64,000 nucleotides of DNA from a virus, in the IMG/VR virus record IMGVR_UViG_3300042566_000762, positions 32,001 to 96,000 of that record; one strand, written 5' to 3'. The notes under the pieces are model-generated. The model was not told the DNA's origin and made no database searches. It was given only the letters and a program-made list of their open reading frames with translations. Positions 9,215 through 19,900 of this stretch are shown piece after piece; position 1 is the first letter of the stretch, and each line of letters begins with the position of its first letter. The position numbers and the translations under genes were made by a program.

Positions 9215-9508
9215 TTAATCTTTCTTTCTTAATGCTGCTAAATCACTTCCTTCTATTTCACCATCTTTATCAACATCGATTTTCTTTTGTCCAGCAGTTA
9301 ATTCAGCTTCATTGTATCCTCTCAATCTTCCTTCCGATTTTGCTTTGTATGCAGTATCTACGGCATTAAAGAATTTTTTCTTATCATCGTCAGACATAGA
9401 AGATATATCTTTACCACTTTTATCTAACATTGTTTTAAATAATTGTTGGTAATCTTGTTCTTCTTTAACAACTTGTCTAATAAGTTCTTTTAATTCTGAT
9501 TTTTTCAT
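9215..9508 (-). CDS. Small head-associated protein with EF-hand-like loop
   Basis: DVDKDGEIEGSD Dx[DN]xDG loop; MKKSELKELIR N-terminus. Confidence 0.55.
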   Translation of the reverse strand: MKKSELKELIRQVVKEEQDYQQLFKTMLDKSGKDISSMSDDDKKKFFNAVDTAYKAKSEGRLRGYNEAELTAGQKKIDVDKDGEIEGSDLAALRKKD

Positions 9509-10095
9509 TATTCTGAAATTTGTCTGATTTTTTGGTCTAATTTTAATAATCTTTCCTTTATAGTATAAATATGACTATTTGTTCTTTTCCAATAACTTTT
9601 ATTATTTACACCACTTTCATTTTTAATTTTACCATACCAATTAAGAAATCGTTCCATTTCTTTTAATTGTTTGTTGATATTAGAAATACCCCTGCCAATT
9701 TTGGCTTGGGCAGTTGCTTCTTCGTTTTTTAATTCCAACCAACGATTTTCATTAACTGGAGTATATCCCGTAAGGTCTGCTTGTCTTTTTGCTTTTTTCT
9801 TCTCACCACCTTTTCCACTAAATGCAAATGGAGTATTATATCCTTCTGCAGAAGCAGTTGTATTCATTTCATCGAGCATACTATTTCTAAGTATTTCACG
9901 AATTTTTTCTTTGAATGCTTCTTTAACATGGTCAGGTAAACCATCATGAGATGTTGATGCGAAGTCTTTAGCATCTTTATCAGTCATTGAATCGGCTGCT
10001 TTACTAACTTCTGGAGATGGATTTTCCATATCACCTTTTTGAGCGGCATGAACCATGCCCATAAATCTTTGTTGTGCTTTACTTTTTGCTGGCAT
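9508..10095 (-). CDS. Hypothetical head-module protein (DUF3008-like N-terminus)
   Basis: MPAKSKAQQRFMGMV...FAST.HDGLP. Confidence 0.55.
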   Translation of the reverse strand: MPAKSKAQQRFMGMVHAAQKGDMENPSPEVSKAADSMTDKDAKDFASTSHDGLPDHVKEAFKEKIREILRNSMLDEMNTTASAEGYNTPFAFSGKGGEKKKAKRQADLTGYTPVNENRWLELKNEEATAQAKIGRGISNINKQLKEMERFLNWYGKIKNESGVNNKSYWKRTNSHIYTIKERLLKLDQKIRQISE

Positions 10096-10954
10096 TTCTT
10101 AATTCATTTAATAATTCATATGTCATCATCAATGCTGAAAGGTGTTGTTCTTTAATTCTCTTAACTGATTTAACTTTTCTTATATTAGAAATAGTTTCTG
10201 CTAATTTGATTTGAGTTATTTTGTCAGAAATTTTACCACCAATTTCTTTTAAAGAATTAATTAAATTAGTAACTTCGGTTGAAACATACTCATTTAATTT
10301 ACCAGTATTATTAATGTTATTAATATATTCTCTTAATAATCCCTTTTGGTCGTTTGATAAATTTTTATACTTTGTGTTAAATGATTCTACCAACAATTTA
10401 TATGATACTGCTCTCAAATCTTCATCTTGTTTTCTATATTCTTCCATAACCGCATCTTTAATCTTAATTTCTTTATTTTGAATAGAGGAATTAATTATAT
10501 TTTCTGCAATTGTAAATCTAGAAGATACAACATCGGTTGGGTCAAATGATTCTTCGGATGTAACTGTTTCAAATATCTTATAAATAGATGCAAGAGTTTT
10601 ATAGTTTGATATTGGAGATTTGATAAACTCATCCAAATTATAAGTTTCTTTAATTTCTTTAATTAAATTATATTTTTCTTTTGTAAGTTTTTTCTCATCT
10701 ATTTTTTTACGAGCTTCTAATATTGTATTGATGAATTGTTCAGCTTTACTTTCTGAATTGTATTTTTCATTAATAAGATATTGGTATAATTTCAATTCTT
10801 TTGATAATTCTTTTTTAGAATTAAAATGTTCTTTTAAAATCTTTTCTGCTACTGATTTATTGGCAGACATAATCTCTGATGTGATTTGTCTTACTAATAA
10901 TTCAAATATAAATCCAGTATTTTTAAACTTCGAATGTTTTATTTTTTTCATCAA
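10079..10954 (-). CDS. Hypothetical helical protein downstream of portal
   Basis: KHSK.KNTG.IFELL N-terminus; own upstream ATATTTATA motif. Confidence 0.6.
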   Translation of the reverse strand: MMKKIKHSKFKNTGFIFELLVRQITSEIMSANKSVAEKILKEHFNSKKELSKELKLYQYLINEKYNSESKAEQFINTILEARKKIDEKKLTKEKYNLIKEIKETYNLDEFIKSPISNYKTLASIYKIFETVTSEESFDPTDVVSSRFTIAENIINSSIQNKEIKIKDAVMEEYRKQDEDLRAVSYKLLVESFNTKYKNLSNDQKGLLREYINNINNTGKLNEYVSTEVTNLINSLKEIGGKISDKITQIKLAETISNIRKVKSVKRIKEQHLSALMMTYELLNELRNASKK

Positions 10955-10999
10955 TTTGTCTAATTTGTCAGATATAAATATATTTTTTCTATTGGTTTA

Positions 11000-12739
11000 T
11001 TACTCTTTATTGAAATCTTCCGTTAAAATAGTTTTTTTATTACCATTCATATCTTTAAATATCTCCTGATAATTATTTCTTGGTTTATATTTTACGGAAC
11101 CTTCTTTTGCTTTAAGTGTCTTAATTCCCAATGGGTCTCTACCTTCTGGATGGTCATCCTTACCATATCTAACGGGGTCTTTAGGTCTACCCACACCATC
11201 TTCTTCTAATTCGGTTTTTAATCTATTCAATTCTTCTTCTACATTTGTAGGGCCCTCTGTTCCAGTTTCTTTTGCCGGGTCCATACCCTGAGTTTCGATA
11301 GATGTTAAACGGAATGTTTGTTTAGTATCATCTAATACTTGCAATGTCATTTCATCTTGTTCATCTTTCGCCATTTTCATTACCGCATCATACATCCATT
11401 CTTTAGAGAACATCTTTGTTTGTTGCATTTGTTGAATTAGAGCTACCTTAGAGGTGTATAACTCAACTTGCTCTTGCTCATAGATTTTAGATGGGATAGT
11501 TAATTCTAATGAAAAATTAGTTAATCTATCATCATCGATACCTTGTGCATATAAATGAACAATTGCAATTTTAGTTAATTCTGAAATAATTACTCTTTGA
11601 ACTCTTTCGATTGTTTTTGCAAAACGGATATCCATTGCTGCAAGAGTTGCTTTACCATTTGTATCTTCTTCATAACCCATATATGCTTTTGGAATCTTCA
11701 ATGCTGCCATTAACTTACCTTTCAAGTAGTTAATATCATCAATCATATTATATTCCAAACCTTTTAGAGTATCAATTGAAGTTCCATTATCATTACCACG
11801 AACTGGCATATAATAATCTTCAATAAGGTTTTGCATATTGTATTTTAAGTTATACTCACCCGTTCTTTCATCAACAAAAGGAACTTTTTTAGATGAGTTT
11901 ATAATTTTTTGCATGTAATTATCCACTTCATTTGGTGGAATATTACCTACATCAATTTTAAAAATTCTCTTTTCAGGAGCTCTCATTACTCTATGAATTA
12001 ACATAGCATCTTCCATTAACATTAATTGTTTCCAAACTCTTCTACCACCTTCAATCATTGATTTACCATAAGGTAAGAAGTTTGAATCCGAATTTAAACG
12101 GAAGTGTGCCATTTCATAGTTTTCAAATTCTTTCTTTGCAGATTGTCCTACTGAATTATATGGATTTTGGTATGGAGCGTATACAAACTTAACTCTTTGT
12201 GGATTTTCTGGGTCGAATCCTTCTACCCTACTCATTTCATATACCGATAATGGTGCAACACCAACGATACCAACTTTGTCTGCCATTTCTAATTGTAAAA
12301 AGAAATCACCATATTTAACCAAATTTCTAGCCCATGGCCATAAATTAAATTCAACATTAAGAATATCGTAAAATAAATTTTCTAATATTTGTTTAATATT
12401 GTCATCCTCATGATGGATTTTTAAAACATTACCCATTTCATTTCTAGCAGTACTTTCATCTGCATAGACATCCAATGCCGATGATAATATCGGGTCCATA
12501 TCCATAGAATCATAGTCTCTAAATAAATCTATTCTAACTTGTTGATATGCCATTGAAGATTCAACTTGGCCACTACCATAGTTAGTGACTTTCATTTTCA
12601 TAAATCTATCAACCAAATTTGTGGTCATATTTTGCCACTCATCGGTATCAACAACTTTTATACCATCTTGCGTTTGACGAACAATTGTATTTGTTGAAAA
12701 TAATTTTTGTAACCTACTAAATATTGTTTTATCTGCCAT
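11000..12739 (-). CDS. Portal protein (T4 gp20-like)
   Basis: L.LMEDAM.IHR..RAPEKRIF.IDVGN.P, EDYYMP.RG...GT.IDTL.G, L.IP. Confidence 0.95.
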   Translation of the reverse strand: MADKTIFSRLQKLFSTNTIVRQTQDGIKVVDTDEWQNMTTNLVDRFMKMKVTNYGSGQVESSMAYQQVRIDLFRDYDSMDMDPILSSALDVYADESTARNEMGNVLKIHHEDDNIKQILENLFYDILNVEFNLWPWARNLVKYGDFFLQLEMADKVGIVGVAPLSVYEMSRVEGFDPENPQRVKFVYAPYQNPYNSVGQSAKKEFENYEMAHFRLNSDSNFLPYGKSMIEGGRRVWKQLMLMEDAMLIHRVMRAPEKRIFKIDVGNIPPNEVDNYMQKIINSSKKVPFVDERTGEYNLKYNMQNLIEDYYMPVRGNDNGTSIDTLKGLEYNMIDDINYLKGKLMAALKIPKAYMGYEEDTNGKATLAAMDIRFAKTIERVQRVIISELTKIAIVHLYAQGIDDDRLTNFSLELTIPSKIYEQEQVELYTSKVALIQQMQQTKMFSKEWMYDAVMKMAKDEQDEMTLQVLDDTKQTFRLTSIETQGMDPAKETGTEGPTNVEEELNRLKTELEEDGVGRPKDPVRYGKDDHPEGRDPLGIKTLKAKEGSVKYKPRNNYQEIFKDMNGNKKTILTEDFNKE

Positions 12740-12760
12740 TTTAATATAATTCTATTTTTC

Positions 12761-12792
12761 TAAATATATGAAAAATTTTTCAATTTTCCAAA
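12761..12792 (-). promoter_or_regulatory. Bacteroidetes-type -33/-7 promoter upstream of portal
   Basis: - strand TTTG-N20-TATATTTA. Confidence 0.65.
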
Positions 12793-13986
12793 TTACCACT
12801 TTCTACAACTCCAATATCTTGCCTTGTGTCTTGGTCCTGGACTATCACAATTATGTCTTGCTCTAAAAGATTTTCTCGCTTTGGGATTAGACTTTCTTAT
12901 TCTCATCGTTTTCTCACCTTTGGATGCTGCGGATGTTCCACCATGTCCAAAGTTTACCTTTACTACATTACCAGCTGGGTTCTTTACATATACTTTAAAT
13001 TTCTTAACATCACCTGCCATTGGTTTACCTAACTTAACTTCTCTACCCTGATATTCTGCTTCTCTTAAACATTGACATCCTTCATTTAAGTTTTTATCAT
13101 ATGCTCTCATAAATGAAATGAAATCCTCCATATCCTCATCTTCTACATCATATTCTTCAGGTTCAACTAAACCATAATTTACATCATCGTCACTATTAAT
13201 ATCTTCACTTATAGGAACACAATTTGGAACCATTTTACCATTTTTCATTTTACCACCAACTTGCTTATAACCGTCCCAACAAGCTTCGTTTACTACACCT
13301 TCACCGAACATACCTACAAAATCACCTTGATATTTGTTACCAGGTCTGCCCGACATTGCCGTTGCGAAATCTTTTCTAACTTTTTCTTTTCCTTTAGCTA
13401 TAAAGTTAAAAAGGTTTTTAGCATTCAAATTAAAATCATCTATAAATTTTTGTACTATACTATCACGTGTGCCCGTCAATTTAGCAATTTCTTTTGCTTC
13501 TTTGCCCGCCACTTCACTTATTACATTTTCGCTACAAGTTTTCCAACCACCACCTTTTGATTTGTAGTTTTTTGCAGCCCATCCATTTGCATAAGCCGAT
13601 GGATATACATCAAATTTAGATTTTGCAGCTGCTTTACTTGCAGACCACTTACCTGGGTCAGTTGGACAATTCTTTTCTAAAAATAAATTTAGTTTTTCTT
13701 CTATGTTCATAGTTTCATTTTTTGGTTTAGTAGAAACATATATTGGTGTTTTACCTTGTCCACTACTATTTTTACCACCTCTTCCTGCATCATTTTGTGC
13801 AGCTCTCTTTCTACGAGTTGCACTTTCTTTTTCTTTTTTACTCATTCCGGCTGCTTTTGCCGCAGGAACACATTTAGCATATCCTTTCTTTTCTCCCGAA
13901 GTTCCACATGGTGGGTGCTTGCCATCGACTTTTTTGCCGATGTTTACCCATTTTTCTTTAAACCACTTATTCAAATCTTCGTTCAT
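12793..13986 (-). CDS. Modular basic head-associated protein (several small Cys/Lys-rich modules)
   Basis: Modules L.KWFKEKWV/KCVP, KFDVYPSAYAN, CWDGYKQVG...VPNCVP, RKSFRARHNC...ARYWSC, separated by xxE linkers. Confidence 0.65.
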   Translation of the reverse strand: MNEDLNKWFKEKWVNIGKKVDGKHPPCGTSGEKKGYAKCVPAAKAAGMSKKEKESATRRKRAAQNDAGRGGKNSSGQGKTPIYVSTKPKNETMNIEEKLNLFLEKNCPTDPGKWSASKAAAKSKFDVYPSAYANGWAAKNYKSKGGGWKTCSENVISEVAGKEAKEIAKLTGTRDSIVQKFIDDFNLNAKNLFNFIAKGKEKVRKDFATAMSGRPGNKYQGDFVGMFGEGVVNEACWDGYKQVGGKMKNGKMVPNCVPISEDINSDDDVNYGLVEPEEYDVEDEDMEDFISFMRAYDKNLNEGCQCLREAEYQGREVKLGKPMAGDVKKFKVYVKNPAGNVVKVNFGHGGTSAASKGEKTMRIRKSNPKARKSFRARHNCDSPGPRHKARYWSCRKW

Positions 13987-14019
13987 CTATAATAGTTTCA
14001 ACATATAAATATAAAAAAA

Positions 14020-15627
14020 TTACTTTAGTAACCAAGTTAGATTTTCAGTATTTCCTCTAGTGTCATTCATTTCATATGGATTTGTTTTTAGATGGCCTGT
14101 TGAGATTAATCCTTCATATTTGTTTATATGTGCTGAGTTTAACATTTGTTTTGTCAAATCTATACCTTCTTGTTTCAATCTCAGTGCAGTATTACGAACC
14201 CAAAGTCCAATACCCAACGCCATAATAAGGTCATCATTATATCCTTTCATTGCTTCTGCTCTACCATTCTGCCAAATGAACGTAAACATTTCATCTATCA
14301 ATCTACTTGAACGAATTAGAATATCTTTTTCATTCATATATGTGTCTAATGCTGAAATAATAAGTGGACGAGTTTTACTGGTCGTTGAAAATCCTGCAAC
14401 CATTTGTCTTTCGTCTCTATAATATTTGTTTGACATTTGTCTTTCCGTATCAATATATTTCAAATCATTACTCATATAGAATAAGTTTTGATATCCTCTA
14501 TTGATAATTTGTTGAATACATGCCCAACCTACATTTGAGTTCTCTACTACTAAAAGTGCGTTATTATATTCGGTTGCCAATGCAGTTAAAAAGTTTCCAA
14601 AATCTTTTGTGTCAATTTTACCTCTATATTCTGCAACTTGGGAACTATCTTCTATATCTATAACTTGTGCAGTAGAATAGTCAGCTCCGTCACCACGTGC
14701 AACGTCCGCACATACCATATATGCTCTATTGTAATTTGGATGTTCCCATACCCAAAGATTATTATCAAATCCTCTTTTTTGTGCAGGTTCCATCACATAT
14801 GTATCTTTATACCATGTCAATAATGCCGGTTCAAATACCGTATCACCTGAACCAACAAAGTCACAATCACATTCTTGTGCCGCACCTTTAACTCCTAAGA
14901 TTTTAGTTTGTTCATCTCTCCATGCCTGATTCCTTTCTGGGTGAACTGTCCAATGTAGATTGATATTATTAAATCCATTTTGGCCACTTTCTCCGTCTAC
15001 CCACATTTTATGAAACCAATTACCAATACCATTTGGAGTTGATAATACGATTGCAGCACCACCTGTTGATAGAGTCGATTGTGCTGATAACCAAATTTCA
15101 TCAATATCTCTAATGAATGCAGCTTCATCCACAACTAATAGGGATAAGGCTTCGGAACGACCTGCGTCCGGAGAACTTGCGATTGCTTTTACTTGTGAAC
15201 CATTTTTTAATTTAAGAGAAAGTTTGTTATCTTCTACCGAACTACTACCCCCATCTCTTAACCAAATAGGAAGTAAGTCGTGCATAACTCTTACCTTCTC
15301 TACCAGATTCTTCGCTACGGTCACTTTTGTTGCGATTACCAATGCATTGAAGTCTTGATTGAATAACATCTTCCATAAAATATATCCTGCAGATAAGGTC
15401 GATAGACCCAACTGGCGGGATTTAAGAATAATGTTAAAACGATTATCTTTAAAGTCTGTTAAACAATTTTCCTGGAATGGATAAAGGTGAAAGGGTATTT
15501 TTCCTCTCACCGGATGTTGAATGACACAATACTTCTTCATAAAGTAAATTGGGTCTAACGCACACTTGCGATATTCTTCAGCAATTATCTCTTTTAAGGT
15601 TTTCTTAGGTTGCCCCTGAACTCCCAT
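14020..15627 (-). CDS. Terminase large subunit (T4 gp17-like)
   Basis: KSRQLGLST Walker A, LLVVDEAAF Walker B, STPNG, nuclease DVARG..DYS and NDDLIMAL. Confidence 0.95.
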   Translation of the reverse strand: MGVQGQPKKTLKEIIAEEYRKCALDPIYFMKKYCVIQHPVRGKIPFHLYPFQENCLTDFKDNRFNIILKSRQLGLSTLSAGYILWKMLFNQDFNALVIATKVTVAKNLVEKVRVMHDLLPIWLRDGGSSSVEDNKLSLKLKNGSQVKAIASSPDAGRSEALSLLVVDEAAFIRDIDEIWLSAQSTLSTGGAAIVLSTPNGIGNWFHKMWVDGESGQNGFNNINLHWTVHPERNQAWRDEQTKILGVKGAAQECDCDFVGSGDTVFEPALLTWYKDTYVMEPAQKRGFDNNLWVWEHPNYNRAYMVCADVARGDGADYSTAQVIDIEDSSQVAEYRGKIDTKDFGNFLTALATEYNNALLVVENSNVGWACIQQIINRGYQNLFYMSNDLKYIDTERQMSNKYYRDERQMVAGFSTTSKTRPLIISALDTYMNEKDILIRSSRLIDEMFTFIWQNGRAEAMKGYNDDLIMALGIGLWVRNTALRLKQEGIDLTKQMLNSAHINKYEGLISTGHLKTNPYEMNDTRGNTENLTWLLK

Positions 15628-16274
15628 TATTTTTTGAATTTAATCTTCCAATAAACACCACCACCAATATATGGAGATAATGTTCCATTAGTTCCATCAG
15701 TTACTCTATTAGCAACACCAACACCAACTTGATAAATTTTGTCTTTTTTGGTTTTTACTAACAATCCTGCACCAACATTTGAAACCACATCTGCTTTATT
15801 AAATCCACCTGTAAAACCATAATATACTTGTGTTTTAGGTAATTCTTTAACAATCATAGTTTCTTTAATAGTTCTTTCTTTAACTTTTGCATCAAAGGTT
15901 CTACCCCATATTTTATTTTGTGAGATTGTATCTGTTACTGAAACTGTTCCTAATGAATCAGGTAATACTAACACATCATTATATAATACTTTTGAATAAT
16001 AATCTTTTAATAAAGCTTGTGTATCTACTACTGCAGGAATTACAACTTCTTTTTCAACGATTGTTTCGTGATAGATATCTTCACCTTTTTTAGTTACTAC
16101 TTTAGTTTTAACTACTTCAAATGTATCGATATCATGTTTAATTACTTCATATTTTTTACCATCAATTCTAACGGTTCTTCCTGGCATCTTTCCACCTGGA
16201 TTAAAATATTCTAATAATACGATTACAACTAATACCGCAATTGCGATGTTTTTTAAATTTAAGAATTTTTTCAT
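15627..16274 (-). CDS. Membrane-anchored protein, spanin-like candidate
   Basis: N-terminal hydrophobic helix IAIAVLVVIVLL; C-terminal amphipathic beta strands ending GGGVYWKIKFKK. Confidence 0.5.
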   Translation of the reverse strand: MKKFLNLKNIAIAVLVVIVLLEYFNPGGKMPGRTVRIDGKKYEVIKHDIDTFEVVKTKVVTKKGEDIYHETIVEKEVVIPAVVDTQALLKDYYSKVLYNDVLVLPDSLGTVSVTDTISQNKIWGRTFDAKVKERTIKETMIVKELPKTQVYYGFTGGFNKADVVSNVGAGLLVKTKKDKIYQVGVGVANRVTDGTNGTLSPYIGGGVYWKIKFKK

Positions 16275-16278
16275 AATT

Positions 16279-16947
16279 TTAATTTTTAACTAATTCTGAA
16301 TGATTTAATTCAATCATTTTTTCTTCTAATAATCTTTTTCGTTCTATTAATAATTCAATGGCCTCATATGCACCATCTATATCTTTTTTTAAATCTTCTT
16401 TAACTTTTTCGATATCAACATCCCAAGTCCATGTTTCAATTCTACCATCTTCACCAACCATTTCCATTTGTTTTTTGATACCACCTAAAGCTTCTTCATA
16501 TCTATCTTTTAATTCTCTTACAAATGCCAGTTTATTTCTGGTTATTTTGTAATCTTCATAAAATGGATATGTTCCATCTTCTTTTAATGACCTTTCTTGT
16601 TTATCTAAACAAACAATACATAATCCTGTTTTACGAATTAGTTTTTTATCTGCTGAACTGTATTTTTCCGTTTCACAATTGTCATTAGAACAAGTATTTA
16701 TTTTTTGTAAATATTGTCTAATATCATCCATTTGAGTTACAGCAACTTTAAATCCTTCTTTTTGTTCCCACTCTTTACCATCTTTGTCAGACCACCTTTC
16801 ACCCACTTTTCTTTTTTGTTCAACCTCGCCTTCATAACCATGCACTCGTTGTGTGTTGTCCTCTCTACCAAAAACCGTGTCTATAATGAGTTTACGAGAT
16901 TTGTGCATCCCCTTTGATTTCTCATCAAAACTTTTTCTTTTTGCCAT
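16279..16947 (-). CDS. Hypothetical protein with Cys pairs (possible Zn finger) and coiled coil
   Basis: CSNDNC...CIVC. Confidence 0.55.
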   Translation of the reverse strand: MAKRKSFDEKSKGMHKSRKLIIDTVFGREDNTQRVHGYEGEVEQKRKVGERWSDKDGKEWEQKEGFKVAVTQMDDIRQYLQKINTCSNDNCETEKYSSADKKLIRKTGLCIVCLDKQERSLKEDGTYPFYEDYKITRNKLAFVRELKDRYEEALGGIKKQMEMVGEDGRIETWTWDVDIEKVKEDLKKDIDGAYEAIELLIERKRLLEEKMIELNHSELVKN

Positions 16948-16994
16948 ACTAATAACTTTTAAATAACTATTTCTTTATATTATATATATCAAAT

Positions 16995-19900
16995 TTATGC
17001 GTAAAAAATACCTAATATCTGATTTAGTGGTGCAAATGTACCAGTTAACTTATATGTTTTACCATTATAAAAGAATACTAAACCTTCACTTGCAACTATT
17101 TTTTCAATACCACCCAATTGATTTAATCTTTCCAATTCAGTTTTCAATTTTTGTATTTGAGCTGGATTTCCAGCACTTCTAACTTGGTCTGCTACTGATT
17201 TGAATTTTTGTTTCATCGCTCTAATAGCATTTTCAGGGTGAACAGTTAATACACTTCCAACAAAATCTAATACATCCGCACCTACACCTAAAAATATTTC
17301 TTCAAATGGTCTAATGTTTTCTTTTTGTTGTTTGATTACATTTACTTTATCATTTTCAATTGCCCACTCTTGCAATTCTTCATTTGAAATTGTGTTTAAA
17401 CGAAATGTTTTTTCGCCAAACGCCCATCTTCTAATCAACGCTTCTTTAGTAATTTTATCAACTTTAGTAGGCGCTTTTGATTCAATCCACCAATCCCACC
17501 AACTTTGATGATAATCAGCCACATTGTCCGTATCTTTTAAATGAAATTCCGATTGTAATTTATTTAATTTTGATAAATATTTACCTTGTTTAGAACTTAA
17601 ATTATTATCTTTTGGAATAGAAGTTATGGGAGGGCCTTGAATCGTATATTTTGATTGAACATCTGCGTTTACTTGTTTAATCATTCCCGCCAATTTAGAT
17701 GCCGCTGATTGGTCTGCACCAACTGCTTCACCTTTTTCATTATAACAAGTTGTATTATGAAATACTAAAAGTGCTTGGCCATATGGAATAACATTAACCG
17801 AATCTGGCCATATTACTTCTAAATTCATAAAGCATTGGCCTTCGTTAAATATTTTCTTTCTTTGTGCTTCCGATAACCCACTAATTGCTGCTGATAAATC
17901 TTTCATTGCAAAGTTGTAAGCATCGGTTAATCCACCTCTACCGGCAAACTTTGATGCAACATCTTCGATACCCATTGCGTTTGCACCTGCGTTTGCTAAA
18001 TTACCTTTATTTCTGGCTGCAATCAATCTACCATTTTTCCAACTAATTGCTAATGCCTGGCCATCTGTTTTTTCTCTAACAACTCCCAAGTCACCTTCTA
18101 ATGCAGATTTAATTATATTTTTCAAATCACCAAAAGTCAAATCCATATCATCAAAAGGATGTGACATGTGTCCGTATGCACCACCCTCCATCAATAATCC
18201 CTCTTTAATAAATTCCGTTTCTACATAATCAACATCTGGAAGGTTTTTTATACTATATGTAATAGTTCTTTCTTCTGCATCGTCATCACCAAATATTGCA
18301 TCTGCTTTTGGAAAATCAGTTTGAGTATATCCACCATTTTTATACCAATCTTCACTTTTATCGGTATTTAATTTTCTTTTTTTACCTTTTTGAACAAATG
18401 AACCATCTGGAACATCTGCGGTATTGGATACCATAACACTACTAACTTCGTTTAAATCGGGTTCAATATTTAATTCTTTTTCCATTCTGGTAATATCATC
18501 ATATCCCATATTACGAAGTGCTTTTGCAACTGCCGTTGGGTTGTTATGATTTGGATTACCAAATAAAAATGCATTAATTCTTTTTCTGAATTTTGCATCT
18601 CTGTAAAGTTGAATTATGTTTTTGAAATGAATATCTTTATTACCCATTTCATATATATTTTGTCCTTTTTGTCCTAAACGAAATGTGGTTGCCTTTTTAC
18701 CATTTATAGTTGGCATTCCGTGGTCATCTTTACCAATATCTTTAACAACAACTTTTTTGTTTTTGAATTTACCCATTAAAACCTCATCACCCTTATCAAC
18801 ATCTATATTAATATCTTCATTATAGATTTGTTTATTTATCTTACCATAATTTCTCATTAAAATACCGGCTACTGCATGTGCTTGATTTTCAATTGGAGAA
18901 CCAGTTGCACCATCTTTAACTTCATCTTTTACTAATCCCAATTCATCTTGTTTTCTATGAACCATTTCGTGTGCAAGAGTTCTAAGTATGTCTGCAGTTA
19001 ATCTACCTTCTATTGCAACATATATTTCTTTAGACATTGGATTATACCCACCTAAAGAGGTTTTTGCTTCTGAATATTCTCTACCACTTAGTAAAGTTAT
19101 TTTTGGAGTTTCTTTTAACTTTAATTTTTTAGTTGCATATTCTACAAAATGTTGAATTGAATTTTGTTTTGTTTCTGAAATATTTTCGTTTAATCCTTTT
19201 GTAAGATTTTGTAATTTTGAAATTTCCTTTTGTTTTTTATAAGATTCCAATGTTTTTAATAATTGTTGAGGATTTGGTTCAAATGTTTCCATTTTTTTAA
19301 CAACGTCTGCAACTAATTTTATAAACATATCACCATTTGCTTTTGTTTCATTTACTTCTTCCGCCAATCCCATTCCTTTAAGTGCCATATGTCCCAATCC
19401 AAAAAGGCCTGCACCTACTTGTGCTTCGATGTGGCCCTCACCCGCTGCCAATCCTAATGCTTCTAATCCACAATGTTTTCCAAAATCAATTGCTGCATGT
19501 GCTGCAAATCCTCCCACACTTGATACGGAATGTGATGCACCTTGACTTGCGGCTTGTATTACTCCACCAATACCCTTTCCTGCCGCAGCTGCACCGGTTG
19601 CTCCTGCGATTGCTGCACCGACAACAACCGATGCTCCTATTACCGCTACATCTTTAAGAGTTGAAATACATGCTTTTCTTTGTCTTTTTTCCTCATGCTC
19701 ACTATGTTTATATTGACCATCTTTATCTTTAAACCAACCAAATTTAGGTTTTCCTGTATACATAGTTGATAATGCCAAAGATTTTAAACCTCTACCGGTA
19801 TTTTTTAATTGATGGTATTTTTCTTTTACAACTTCGTATACTTTTTCAGCTATATTTTTTGGAAGATTTGAAATAAAATCACCAATTTTTTGAGACCAAT

